Shown in pieces: positions 25,890 through 35,905 of a stretch of DNA of 56,938 nt (the first letter of the stretch is position 1; the number at the start of each line of letters is the position of its first letter). This stretch comes from a virus (taxonomy: Duplodnaviria > Caudoviricetes). The notes beneath the pieces were generated by a model. The model was not told the origin of the DNA. It made no database searches and was given only the letters and a program-made list of their open reading frames with translations. Location of the stretch: IMG/VR virus record IMGVR_UViG_3300011114_000231, positions 1 through 56,938 of that record. One strand, written 5' to 3'. Position numbers and translations under genes: made by a program.

Positions 25890-27938
25890 TTATCTTTGAG
25901 TCCACTGAATTGTGCCAGGGATTTTTCTGCCGGTCTTTTTGCCTTGGGCGTCTTTCTCATCTTCAAGATTAACAACACCAAGCCTATTTAGGTTTTTCTT
26001 GTCGTGGATATACGCAATGTTCGGGTTATTAGGATCAAGTTGGATTTGAATATCCTGTTCCTTACCCTTATACCCTTCCTTCTGCATCTCTAAATAGATT
26101 TTAGCAGCGTTCTCGTTTAAGATTTTTGTAGTATCTCTAGCAGTTTCTGCCGTTAACTCAGCTTGTTTCTGCCTAATAGCAGCATTGGTGTCGATATTTT
26201 TCTCAAGGAGTCTCTTGTACATTTCTGCATTGAGTGCAGTCATAGCAGCTTCCTGCTGTTTGCGGGTAAAGTCAAACATAGAAGCGGCTGTGTCAGATAA
26301 ATCTTTGCGGCTGACGTTTTTGTTAACTACTTTGCCACCTTCAATGACATTGAATGTACCATCTTGGTTCTGCTGCAGTTGGATTTGAAACCCACTACGA
26401 GCACCAATCTCAGCAATCTGTTTAGCCAGTGGTGCAGCATCGCCCATGTTAAAAGCAATGACCGCACGTTCCTGCCCGATAACAGATGATTCAAACTGCA
26501 GGTTCCTAAGATTTTTATCAGCTTCAAAAAATACCTGCCCATTACGGGTACGCGCAGCAAAGTCACGCATACGAGTGTAGTACTCTATATCACTCTGAGC
26601 TTTTCTTGTGCGCTCATCAAATGCAGCAAGCTTAAATACAGCTGGGTTCTGTGACTCTACAACCTTCTGCACTTCAGTTTTTACTGCTGCTGGCGGCAAA
26701 ACTATAGGAGCCTGAGTCATACCGCGATTGAGGCCAACACCAGAAAGATTATCTGCACCTAACTGATTAGGATCAGACTGTCCTGTGGATACGTTAATAG
26801 AGACCGGCTTACCATCGGCACCAGTAATAGTGATAGGTTGCTGGGCAGCAGTTGAGGTAGCCGTTGGAGTCGCTGCTTCAGGAGTAGCGGCAGGAGCCGC
26901 AGGAGCCGCAGGAGCCGCAGGAGCAGACGCCCACCAAGCGTCAGAATTCCACCAAGTGGCAGGGGCCGCGGGAGCCGCGGGAGCCGCAGCCGGGAGCATA
27001 GATGCTGCGTTCTGCCTATAGAACTCAATAGGATTCCGTATAGCATACTGTGCAAGCGCAGGATCGCTATTAAGATATTGTTGGACTTCTGGGTTACGAT
27101 AGAAGTCAAAAACCTTTTGTGTTTCGGCACGAACGCCTTGGCGCTGCGCAATTTGCGCTTCAGTAAATCTATTAACTTCACGAGCATCTTGTTGAAGTGG
27201 AACACCAAGGTACTGACCTAGTGCTATATTACGTGCAATATTTCCTACGTCTGTGGCTACTTCTTGCTGACGAATACCGGCTTGCGCCCTTGACTGTGCT
27301 GCAGGTAAATTAGGATTAACATTCATATAAGGCACAACTGTGCCTTGCATCGGTTCTGATGCTGGCTGATAAGGGTAATTTGCCTCAACACTTTCTGGAC
27401 GCGCACCTACTGGTCCAGTACCACGGGGGATATAAAATCCACCGGGAGCATTAGATGGATTAACTTGCTGTGCAATATTAGCCCTTACACCAGGAAGATC
27501 AGCTTCTGGGTTATATGCAGCTTGTGGACCGGGAGGAGGAGCAGGAGGAGGGAACTCATTACCCCCGCCAACAGCGGAAGGATTTGCCTGCGGCACTGCT
27601 GGCTGCATGACAAGTGGATTGAAGTTAAGAGACGGCGAGCCTGCCTGTGGAGCAGTGCCGCCCTTAGCTAATGCGGCAAAGGCAGCAACAGAGTTTGCCC
27701 TATCACCTTGGCTTTGCTGAAACAGAAGCTGCTTACGGCGTTCTTCAGCATCCCTAAGACGCATCAACTGGTCATTAGTACGCTGCGCCTGTTGCGCAGT
27801 GTCCATGGCAATGCGGTTTGCCTCTTGAGTTTGAGCAGACCCATACCCTTCGTTAAACTGCTTGGATAGACCACCGCCAGCGTCTACTACTGATGGGTAG
27901 TACTCGTAGGGTGACCGTTGAATAGGGTCCAAAGCCAT
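25890..27938 (-). CDS. Putative internal virion/ejection protein
   Basis: Ala/Gln/Pro-rich; middle of three large genes after the nozzle. Confidence 0.65.
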   Translation of the reverse strand: MALDPIQRSPYEYYPSVVDAGGGLSKQFNEGYGSAQTQEANRIAMDTAQQAQRTNDQLMRLRDAEERRKQLLFQQSQGDRANSVAAFAALAKGGTAPQAGSPSLNFNPLVMQPAVPQANPSAVGGGNEFPPPAPPPGPQAAYNPEADLPGVRANIAQQVNPSNAPGGFYIPRGTGPVGARPESVEANYPYQPASEPMQGTVVPYMNVNPNLPAAQSRAQAGIRQQEVATDVGNIARNIALGQYLGVPLQQDAREVNRFTEAQIAQRQGVRAETQKVFDFYRNPEVQQYLNSDPALAQYAIRNPIEFYRQNAASMLPAAAPAAPAAPATWWNSDAWWASAPAAPAAPAAPAATPEAATPTATSTAAQQPITITGADGKPVSINVSTGQSDPNQLGADNLSGVGLNRGMTQAPIVLPPAAVKTEVQKVVESQNPAVFKLAAFDERTRKAQSDIEYYTRMRDFAARTRNGQVFFEADKNLRNLQFESSVIGQERAVIAFNMGDAAPLAKQIAEIGARSGFQIQLQQNQDGTFNVIEGGKVVNKNVSRKDLSDTAASMFDFTRKQQEAAMTALNAEMYKRLLEKNIDTNAAIRQKQAELTAETARDTTKILNENAAKIYLEMQKEGYKGKEQDIQIQLDPNNPNIAYIHDKKNLNRLGVVNLEDEKDAQGKKTGRKIPGTIQWTQR
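26889..26990. repeat. 9-bp tandem repeats encoding PAA runs
   Basis: GCAGGAGCC / GCGGGAGCC units in two blocks flanking TWWNSDAWWAS. Confidence 0.8.
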
Positions 27939-27962
27939 GTGCCGCTCCTATTAGAAACTAGA

Positions 27963-29474
27963 TTAGGCGTAACGCCCACTGCTACCACCGAACATACCAC
28001 CGAACATACCGCCAGCCGCATTAGAAAGGTCTCTAGCATATTCAGCGCGACGCTTATCAAGCGCAGCGTAGATGGGCAGAGCTAGACCAGCAGCTCCAGT
28101 TGGTGCAGTGGTTGGCAATGCATTCATGGCAGTCTGACGAGCAGCGCGTGAACGGGCAGCGTCTTCGGACACAGCAAGAGTACCCAAGCGAGTACCTTCG
28201 ATAGCTGCGCGACGAGCCTCTGCTGTCTGCATTGAAGGTGCTTTACCACGCTGTGCATCCATCAGGCGGCGCTCAACAGTCATACCAGTTTGGGCAAAGG
28301 CTTGCTCTGGCTTAGGTGTACCCTCAGACCACATCGAACGAGCTTCTTCCACACGCTTGGCAAACAGTGCTTGGTTTTCAGAAGCCAGACGCTGTGCGTC
28401 TTGAACCGCTGCCTGTTCCGCTGCTGTCAACTGCTGAGGTGCCTTGTTAAACATAGTCATACCCAGTTTAGCTGCGTTACCAGCAAGGCTGAGTATGTCC
28501 TTCATGCCCATGTCACCAAAGATACCCTTGGAACCGGAAGCTGTTACACCACCTGAATCTGTCAGCTTCACGCCGCTCATGTCTTTTAGATCAGCAGCAG
28601 TATAGGATTGGCCAGGGAATAAACCTGCGTCAGGACTACCAGTGTATGGGGTAGCTTGCCCTTTAGGTATAGGCAGGCGATTGTTGTAGTTTGCAGGGTT
28701 GTATCCCTCCTGCCCTGATACACCAGTGCCGGTAGCAGTGTTAGTATTCTTGGGTATATATTTATCAAAAGAAGATACAGACTCATCAGCACCATACGGT
28801 GTGGAACTTACAGTAGTGGCACCTGCATCTGTAACAGCAGGCTGTACAGAAGCAACTTGAGTATTGGGTAAGTAGCCCCCAGCATCAGACATAACACTAG
28901 CGTTCTGCAATCCTGCAACCTGAGTTGGATCACCCGCACTTCCTACAGTTTGGAAATTAAAGTCAGGAGTTTGCATACCAGTAAAGGTATCAAAACTTCC
29001 TATATCAGCAAACTGTTGCGGTGGCGGTGCTACGTCCATACTTATAAAGTTATTGACTGGAGTTTGCATACCGGTGAAGTTATCAAAACCTCCTATATCG
29101 TACGCAGGAGTTGAAGTAAGTCCCGCAGTCTGTGTTACAGGCGAACTAAAATCTCCCCCTATCATTGGGTTGCCCGCTATCTCAGTTGGCGCTCCATCAA
29201 ATAAACCTCCGAACATACTCTTGCCAGCGCCAGCTACCTGGTCCCAGCCGCCATTAGCCATATAGCCCCCGAAGGCTCCGCCTACTGCACCGAGCAACGG
29301 GTTACCCCCTGTTGCAGCGGAACTAGCAGCGCCCAATCCAGCACCTACAAGGGCAGCGCCAGCAGATTCACCGATAGCTGCGCTAAGCCCAATCGCCCCA
29401 GCAATAGGACCGGCAACAAAAGGAACAACAATAGCGGCAACAATACCGAGGATTTGACCAACGCCTTTACCCAT
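27963..29474 (-). CDS. Putative DNA pilot/ejection protein
   Basis: Gly/Ala-rich hydrophobic N-terminus, helical C-terminus; first ejection-gene position. Confidence 0.65.
   Translation of the reverse strand: MGKGVGQILGIVAAIVVPFVAGPIAGAIGLSAAIGESAGAALVGAGLGAASSAATGGNPLLGAVGGAFGGYMANGGWDQVAGAGKSMFGGLFDGAPTEIAGNPMIGGDFSSPVTQTAGLTSTPAYDIGGFDNFTGMQTPVNNFISMDVAPPPQQFADIGSFDTFTGMQTPDFNFQTVGSAGDPTQVAGLQNASVMSDAGGYLPNTQVASVQPAVTDAGATTVSSTPYGADESVSSFDKYIPKNTNTATGTGVSGQEGYNPANYNNRLPIPKGQATPYTGSPDAGLFPGQSYTAADLKDMSGVKLTDSGGVTASGSKGIFGDMGMKDILSLAGNAAKLGMTMFNKAPQQLTAAEQAAVQDAQRLASENQALFAKRVEEARSMWSEGTPKPEQAFAQTGMTVERRLMDAQRGKAPSMQTAEARRAAIEGTRLGTLAVSEDAARSRAARQTAMNALPTTAPTGAAGLALPIYAALDKRRAEYARDLSNAAGGMFGGMFGGSSGRYA
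28966..29099. repeat. 41-bp imperfect direct repeat (28966-29006 and 29059-29099)
   Basis: Encodes DIGGFDNFTGMQTP and DIGSFDTFTGMQTP. Confidence 0.8.
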
Positions 29475-29483
29475 TTCGATCTC

Positions 29484-29912
29484 CTATAGAACCATTCGCA
29501 CATACGTGCATGACAGAGTAAAACCAAACTTTTTCATGTACACCTTTGCTAACTCAGGCGTACCGTATGCGCTAACGAACTCTACATCATTTGCTCGGAA
29601 CCAGTCCAGTATGGGTTTCCAGAACAGTGACTTGAACTTCAGTAGATTGCGACCAGCTAGTACAATAATCTCTACACCCTTTTTACCGTTAGTAGAAGTA
29701 AATTGTATAGTTAGTACTGTAGAAACTTTACCTTCACTAAACCCTACAAACATAGTAGCAAGATCAAGTTGGGTTAGGTTGTAGACATCTTGTGGGGTAA
29801 TGTCTGTTAGCCCCACCTCATTACTTTTACATGATTGCTCAACTAAAGGTTCTATATCTACCCATAGTTCAGTTACTCTTTCAGGAGTCAGTAGTGCTAT
29901 CGTCTCCGCCAT
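29484..29912 (-). CDS. GNAT-like virion assembly protein
   Basis: Size, position before the ejection genes, and C-terminal YMKKFGF motif. Confidence 0.55.
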   Translation of the reverse strand: MAETIALLTPERVTELWVDIEPLVEQSCKSNEVGLTDITPQDVYNLTQLDLATMFVGFSEGKVSTVLTIQFTSTNGKKGVEIIVLAGRNLLKFKSLFWKPILDWFRANDVEFVSAYGTPELAKVYMKKFGFTLSCTYVRMVL

Positions 29913-30858
29913 TCTGGTCCTCAGCATACTTCTTTATCAGTGCGTCAAAAAACTCTGTGCCTTTAGCTTTTACAACATGCGCGGGGATAACGAACTCACC
30001 TTCATGCGCTTGAATAATAACGGGATCGCTCTTTGAACTACCCTGATTAGGAATATGCCCGCCGCCCTTCATAGAAGGAATAGGCCGAGGTGGCTGTTGA
30101 CCACCCGATTGAAGCGACTGTCCTACGGTAACAAGCACAAACAGTAACCCCTGATCATACTGCTGGCTGATGTCCTGCTCTGTTGCCAATCCATTCTGGA
30201 TAGCCAGTTTGCGAAGCTGAGGATACATCTCTGGATTCTGCAGTGCCACAGTAGCCAGTTGCACCATCATGTTAAGCTGCTGCTGCGTAAGCTGCCCAGA
30301 CTGCATGGCCTGTTGGATGACCATCTGAATCTTTTGCACTTGCTGGGGATGCTGCTGTACAAACTGCTGAGCTGCAGCTTGAAGCTGCTGTGGGTTCATC
30401 TGCCTCTGGGCAGCACCTGGAGCTGCAAGCCCCGCACCCCCTGGCATTTGACCCGGCTGAGGATTAGTAGGCATACCGCCCATACCAATTTGACCGCCGA
30501 CTTCATAGGAGTACAACGACTCCATAATATTATTACGGCGGTTATCAGCCCAAGCTGCATTGCTGTTTTGCTGCTGAGGTTCAAACTGGGGAGCGCTTGA
30601 CTGAGAACTTGCAATACCACCAGCAAGGCTAGGATTCATTGGAATAGGAGACGCGCTCATATTTAGCAACGCGGTAAGCGAAGGAGGTGTGCTTGGACCA
30701 GGACCGCCCATACTCTGCTGTATAAAAGATTCAGTAGGATTAAATCCTACTTGCTGCGGTTGTAAGTTTCTACCCATGACCGCATCTGCTGCGTTCATAA
30801 ATACTGGGTTATTAGCAGAAACATTTTCTAAAGCACCGGGTTTGAAAACGGAAGCCAT
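29881..30858 (-). CDS. Gln-rich virion-associated protein
   Basis: C-terminal GGGHIP..SD......EGEFVIPA.VV motif common in podophage structural regions. Confidence 0.65.
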   Translation of the reverse strand: MASVFKPGALENVSANNPVFMNAADAVMGRNLQPQQVGFNPTESFIQQSMGGPGPSTPPSLTALLNMSASPIPMNPSLAGGIASSQSSAPQFEPQQQNSNAAWADNRRNNIMESLYSYEVGGQIGMGGMPTNPQPGQMPGGAGLAAPGAAQRQMNPQQLQAAAQQFVQQHPQQVQKIQMVIQQAMQSGQLTQQQLNMMVQLATVALQNPEMYPQLRKLAIQNGLATEQDISQQYDQGLLFVLVTVGQSLQSGGQQPPRPIPSMKGGGHIPNQGSSKSDPVIIQAHEGEFVIPAHVVKAKGTEFFDALIKKYAEDQNGGDDSTTDS

Positions 30859-30860
30859 GG

Positions 30861-31214
30861 TTAAGTCCTCAACTGGTTGATTAGCGAGTTAATAGTCGCA
30901 CGTAGTTGCGCCACATCCCGCGCTAAAGAAGCTACATCCTGCAACAGATTTGCATAGTCAGTGTACGCCGGAACCTGTCCTACGTTGGTGATATTAAACC
31001 CAGCACCTTTAGCGGTTAGCCCGCGAAAGTTATAGTCAGTAACCTGAGAGGTTGTAATGCTAGACTTCAAAAGAGCCACGCTGGCTCCGTCAGTTTCACC
31101 ACGGGTTCCGGTTAACAGTTCCACATTCTGTTTCAAAGCATCCAGCAGACGAGCGTTCCACTCGTCAACACCAGACTGTGGTAGTGCAGGAATACCAGTA
31201 AACCTACCAGCCAT
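30861..31214 (-). CDS. Hypothetical structural protein
   Basis: Coupled to the nozzle gene; C-terminal coiled coil. Confidence 0.65.
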   Translation of the reverse strand: MAGRFTGIPALPQSGVDEWNARLLDALKQNVELLTGTRGETDGASVALLKSSITTSQVTDYNFRGLTAKGAGFNITNVGQVPAYTDYANLLQDVASLARDVAQLRATINSLINQLRT

Positions 31215-33850
31215 TAGGATGTCCTCAGAGATATTGGGGTTTCCCCCAGATGCACGGCTCTTACCCTTACAAGACTTTCAAGCTCAACTTCAAATGTATC
31301 CGATCTGTAACCACTAGGCAACCGGAAGACATTACTATTGGAACACTCAGTCGTAAAGATAAGGTTTTTATTTACGTATAGTTTGAATACGATTGGCTCC
31401 ACAGCGTTCCATAACTGCTGGGATTCGCTCCAAACATCATCCGTAAAATTCCAGACAGTAGTATACTCTTCATCAGTGTAGTCAGCAACGACACGCGCTG
31501 CCCCAAGATTGGTGAAGTCCTTTGTAACCAGCGTCTTGGACTTCCACTGCATAGTACTATAGGGCTGAGTTAGATCGTCCCACTGGTAGATGTCACCGTT
31601 TTCGCCAACAGCCAAATACAAGTTATTGGTTATTGGATCATACCATGCGGCACTAAATGTAAAATCAGAATCAACAAACGTTGGCCCTGTCGTATCGTAG
31701 GCAGAAGTCTTTGCTGGGTTCTCAAATATAATGGACCCCGTATCAGAAGAAGCAAAGTACAAATCTTTGTAGGTCACACCAACTAGCTGGGATGGATCAA
31801 GTGATGCGTTCCATGTATCGCTACTATGTACCTGCCTAGTTAGCAACTGACCAGCAATGGACGGGGCATAAACAGCAAGTCCGTCATGGGTTGCATACAC
31901 AACGCCAAAGCTGGTTTCGACAATACTCTTACGGTTGAGGCATGGATACCTAGACGAAAGTCTGGCTATAGACAGCACTGCTGGATCAGTACCGGCTACC
32001 ACATATGGGTATGTTTCTGTAAGCACCAAAAGGCTACCGCCAATCTGGGCAAGGCCAACAATCGGGCTATCAAACGACCGCTTGTACTTCTCTGGCCAGG
32101 CATGGAAGATTCCTGAATCTGTGAGGTACAACTCATTACCAACGAATCCAGCCAGAATGTTGTTCTGAATAGACACAAGCCCCTTCATCCCTATAGGAGG
32201 AGGATCATTCTCGTTAGAGATAAGTGTGCTAAGCAGGCTGCGATAGTTGAAATCATCTATGAAGATAAAAATTTCTGCCTCAACCAATCCGCTAGTGGTA
32301 GTGGACGTAGCAGCGGTTACGGTAAAAGTTGTAGCTGTAGCAGTCACAACCGTATAGGTACCATCAACTCCGTCACCAGTAAGGAAGTCAAGCACTACAG
32401 AATCGCCAGCAATACGCCCATGCCCTGCCATGGTCACAGTGATAGTAGTAGATGCTGTTTGGGTATATGTACCGGATACCACCCCAAAATATCTAGCTGT
32501 GCTGTCTGGAGGATTTTCAGATACATCATGGTACAACGTGCCAGTAGCATCAGTGATACTAATATCAGAAGCTACTTGATCGTACTCAAACGTATAGTCA
32601 TCAACAATACTGGTTACGATTTGACCGCTAACATTAAATGTGTTGACGCTGCAGTTCTTAATACGGAACCTATCCCCAACAATGAAGCTGTGAGGAGTAT
32701 CAAGAGTAACAGTTGATACCCCGCTAGAACGCTCCACCTTGGTTACATTCATAGGGAACCATAGGGTGTTCAGCCTAAAGTAGTCAGCATCAGTCGTACC
32801 GGCTAATGTACGATATAGCCTGATACCACGGATAAAGTTGTTGCCATCTGGTGGCTGAGTGGGAAGGTTTGATACAGAAACAATCTGACCCTCTTTAATG
32901 AACAGAGCTTCTGATGGTTCCGATCCAATAGACTCCTCTAGCCATGGTGTATACCATGTATACAAATAACTGCGGGACTGAATCTGCCCACCAAGATCAA
33001 GTTTACCAGTGGTGTTAGCTGTAGTTTGCACCTGTGGACCAGATGAATAGTAGCTAATAGTGGTATCGTTGATGACTGTTATTTCTGTAGTAGTGTTGAG
33101 ATCACGAATATCCCAGCGCACGTTGCCACTAGTAGCTCCGCTTGCACCATCATTACATGTAAAATTGTCGGCATCAGTTACAGTTACGCTATAGTTGTTT
33201 GTGGTTGCAGTACCAGATGTAAACTCAAGCAGAATTTCTGCGCCAGTAGCAAGGCCATGTCCTGTAATGGTTACTGTAATCAGCGTACCAGTGCGGCTAT
33301 ATGTACCAGTGCGATACGAGAAGTTCGATATAGTGGCAGTCGCACCATTTTTAAGGTTGTGGTTAGAACCCATAACCAAAGTCACGTTGTTACCAGCATC
33401 ACGGGCAAACGACGCAGATGTAGCTGGAGTAAACGCAGTAGCAGCCGCTACTGGCTTAATGGTAGGAAGCTGCAACCCAAGATCATAGTAGTTGTTTGGG
33501 TATGGTGGAACACCCTCTGTGGCAAGGGCATAGTTACTCACCTTGGGAACGCCATCTCCAGTGTAATAGAACCTCTGGTCACCGGCATCAGTGGCGGGAG
33601 TAGCAATATCAACCTGCGTGTTCCAGGTCAGCCACTTTAATTCAAACGTGTCTGGATCAGTGAGTGCGTACAATGTACGTACAACACCTTCACGCATAGA
33701 GTTATCAACAATGGTAGCTTGTGGGTATGGAATAAGATCACCAGAATATAGTTTACAATTCCGCGCAATCTGAGCTGCTGTATCTGGCAACAACTCAGAT
33801 GATGTTTTAGGAGAAGTACCTAGAAACTTGGTGATCTTTACAGATGACAT
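31214..33850 (-). CDS. Tail nozzle / tubular protein B-like with inserted beta-rich repeats
   Basis: 878 aa; AQIARNC..YSG N-terminus, PHAWP-like FHAWP, WKSK near C-terminus; podovirus position. Confidence 0.75.
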   Translation of the reverse strand: MSSVKITKFLGTSPKTSSELLPDTAAQIARNCKLYSGDLIPYPQATIVDNSMREGVVRTLYALTDPDTFELKWLTWNTQVDIATPATDAGDQRFYYTGDGVPKVSNYALATEGVPPYPNNYYDLGLQLPTIKPVAAATAFTPATSASFARDAGNNVTLVMGSNHNLKNGATATISNFSYRTGTYSRTGTLITVTITGHGLATGAEILLEFTSGTATTNNYSVTVTDADNFTCNDGASGATSGNVRWDIRDLNTTTEITVINDTTISYYSSGPQVQTTANTTGKLDLGGQIQSRSYLYTWYTPWLEESIGSEPSEALFIKEGQIVSVSNLPTQPPDGNNFIRGIRLYRTLAGTTDADYFRLNTLWFPMNVTKVERSSGVSTVTLDTPHSFIVGDRFRIKNCSVNTFNVSGQIVTSIVDDYTFEYDQVASDISITDATGTLYHDVSENPPDSTARYFGVVSGTYTQTASTTITVTMAGHGRIAGDSVVLDFLTGDGVDGTYTVVTATATTFTVTAATSTTTSGLVEAEIFIFIDDFNYRSLLSTLISNENDPPPIGMKGLVSIQNNILAGFVGNELYLTDSGIFHAWPEKYKRSFDSPIVGLAQIGGSLLVLTETYPYVVAGTDPAVLSIARLSSRYPCLNRKSIVETSFGVVYATHDGLAVYAPSIAGQLLTRQVHSSDTWNASLDPSQLVGVTYKDLYFASSDTGSIIFENPAKTSAYDTTGPTFVDSDFTFSAAWYDPITNNLYLAVGENGDIYQWDDLTQPYSTMQWKSKTLVTKDFTNLGAARVVADYTDEEYTTVWNFTDDVWSESQQLWNAVEPIVFKLYVNKNLIFTTECSNSNVFRLPSGYRSDTFEVELESLVRVRAVHLGETPISLRTS

Positions 33851-33853
33851 TGG

Positions 33854-34063
33854 TTAGCAGCCTTTGCGTCCCTTAACCATTCCGCCCTTTTTGTAGCTAC
33901 CCATACCTTCCATCTTCTCTTTCTTCATACCCTCCATGCCTTCGTGCTTTTTCATCGCACCTTTGGATGGGTACTTTTCTTTACCGCCGTATTCGGAAAT
34001 CATTCCGCCCTTCTTGTAGCTCTTGTTCATCTTGTCTTTACCGGACATAGCTGGCTTTTTCAT
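33854..34063 (-). CDS. Small Lys/Met/Gly-rich protein with two YKKGG motifs
   Basis: AGGAG RBS; SYKKGGMI and SYKKGGMV. Confidence 0.7.
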   Translation of the reverse strand: MKKPAMSGKDKMNKSYKKGGMISEYGGKEKYPSKGAMKKHEGMEGMKKEKMEGMGSYKKGGMVKGRKGC

Positions 34064-34081
34064 TTCACTCTCCTGTTGTGC

Positions 34082-34675
34082 CTATGCAAACTTATTATAG
34101 GCTTCTGCTAATTTAACATCGTATGCGTTCTTTGCATAGCCTGGACCATTATATCCACGCGCAAATCCTGCCCAGTTCTTAGCTTGGAGTTCATCCAGCA
34201 AACCAGCTGACTTAATAAAATTAGCCATATGCCTAAGCTGGTTGGCTTCGGAAGTCATTGCTTCTTCCACCATTTGGTTGACACTGCTGCAGCCAGCAAG
34301 CTTGAAGTTATTTCCCATAATCTGACCAAGACCCCAAGAAACAGATAACAAAGCTGCGTTAGTGTTGATACCGCAAGCGGCTTCAATTTCTGCGTATACA
34401 GCGTCCGAGCCTTTTGGGTAAGGCTTTTCGCCCCACTTTGGATAAGCGAGACCAGCATCAACAGCTTGTTGTAAATCATCTGGGTTATCCTTTAGCATCT
34501 TGTAGAAGTAGTGGCGTTCAAATAAAGCCTTTGGCCTACCAGCTTTATCAAAGCCTGAGCCGGACGATTCAACTGTAAGGACTGCACGTAGTGCAGCAGA
34601 CTCTACACCAATCTCATATGCAATAGCAGGAATTTCTTCTGCCTGCATTGGGAGAGCTTCACCATGAAAGTTCAT
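34082..34675 (-). CDS. Endolysin, N-acetylmuramidase (DUF3380/PF11860-like)
   Basis: VESSG, LFERH, SWGLGQIMG.N, FARGYNGPGY; start placed at MNFHG. Confidence 0.92.
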   Translation of the reverse strand: MNFHGEALPMQAEEIPAIAYEIGVESAALRAVLTVESSGSGFDKAGRPKALFERHYFYKMLKDNPDDLQQAVDAGLAYPKWGEKPYPKGSDAVYAEIEAACGINTNAALLSVSWGLGQIMGNNFKLAGCSSVNQMVEEAMTSEANQLRHMANFIKSAGLLDELQAKNWAGFARGYNGPGYAKNAYDVKLAEAYNKFA

Positions 34676-35190
34676 TTCTTCTCTCCAACCATAGCATCGG
34701 TTTTGGCTTTGCTGCCAGCCGACGACCCGAAGTAGAACTGCACAATACCGGTCCATGCTGTTCCAAGCGCACCAAGCATATAGATCAGTGTTTCAGAACC
34801 TGTTGGTGGGACACCCTTAGTCAATAACCAGGTCAGGATACCAAAGAAACCAAACGTGACCAAGATAGCCATTGCGCGAGGAATCCAATCATTGGTGTGC
34901 ATCTGCATGTTTCTTGCAGAGTCACGGTCCCCAGCTGCAATCTTCTCAAGATCAATGTCCAGCTCCTTCATTTTTAACTTGAAGGTGGCGTCTGTCTCTT
35001 TCAACTTCTGCAACTGCTCTGGCGTGGCGTTCATTAGAGCGGCTGACACATCGGATTCGTTTGCATCCTGATGACCAAACATCGCTTCTGAAAGAGTTTT
35101 CACTGCCAGCCCTGCGAGGGGACCACCAAGTGCTGTCGCTACTGTTGGAGCTACCTGGGCCAAAAGGCCACCGATTTTTGAAAGGTCCAT
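34672..35190 (-). CDS. Holin-like membrane protein
   Basis: APTVATALGGP, DRDSAR, two C-terminal TM helices ending FYFGSS; adjacent to the endolysin. Confidence 0.75.
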   Translation of the reverse strand: MDLSKIGGLLAQVAPTVATALGGPLAGLAVKTLSEAMFGHQDANESDVSAALMNATPEQLQKLKETDATFKLKMKELDIDLEKIAAGDRDSARNMQMHTNDWIPRAMAILVTFGFFGILTWLLTKGVPPTGSETLIYMLGALGTAWTGIVQFYFGSSAGSKAKTDAMVGEKK

Positions 35191-35195
35191 TCACA

Positions 35196-35666
35196 TTACC
35201 CTCTCGCTAAAAGAGCTACACCAATAAGTCCAATGCCAGTGATAATGCCAAGAACTATGGCAGTAACAACAGCGGCATCTTTGACCTGCTCTATCTTTTC
35301 ATTCCGCTCTTTCTCAGCCATGTATCTCTCTCGCTCGATCTCTTTACGTATATTGATAACTTCCCGTTGAACTTGATCCCACGCAGCTAATCCGTATTGC
35401 CCTACAAACATATTCCTAGCTTTAAGGGCTAGGTCTTGAGCTTCTGCTCGTGCAGTATAGCGTTCAATAGCAATCTGTTCAGCCGATTTTCTATTGAATA
35501 TAGTCTTTTTAGGGGGGTCTGCCGCAAGCTGTGTTAGTTTAGCAAGGCTTCCCCATAGTTCCGAAAGGTCTTTAGCCATGTGCTGGATTTCTTTTCCAGC
35601 AGCAATGCCTACTTTCAATCCGCTATATGCAGTCTGTGCAACAGCAAGGATTGTTAACGGGTCCAT
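35196..35666 (-). CDS. Hypothetical membrane protein (lysis region)
   Basis: MDPLTI N-terminus, C-terminal TM helix. Confidence 0.7.
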   Translation of the reverse strand: MDPLTILAVAQTAYSGLKVGIAAGKEIQHMAKDLSELWGSLAKLTQLAADPPKKTIFNRKSAEQIAIERYTARAEAQDLALKARNMFVGQYGLAAWDQVQREVINIRKEIERERYMAEKERNEKIEQVKDAAVVTAIVLGIITGIGLIGVALLARG

Positions 35667-35905
35667 TACTTGTCCATCTTGTTTTCAAGGCGGTCAAATA
35701 TCTTTCCAAGGATGTCTTTAATTTCCTTCATCTCGCTCTTGAACTCATCCTTGCGGATATAGTTCGCAGGAAGATCAACTTCGATCTGATGTACATCCTT
35801 ACGTAGTTCAGCAACAGCATCCCACAATGCCTTACCAAACCAGCCAAGGCCGGACATAACAATACCTGCGAGGATGTTAACAATAAACTGAGCGTCCATG
35901 ATCAT
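35666..35905 (-). CDS. Small membrane/coiled-coil protein (lysis region)
   Basis: N-terminal TM helix, LP.NY..K..F motif. Confidence 0.7.
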   Translation of the reverse strand: MIMDAQFIVNILAGIVMSGLGWFGKALWDAVAELRKDVHQIEVDLPANYIRKDEFKSEMKEIKDILGKIFDRLENKMDK

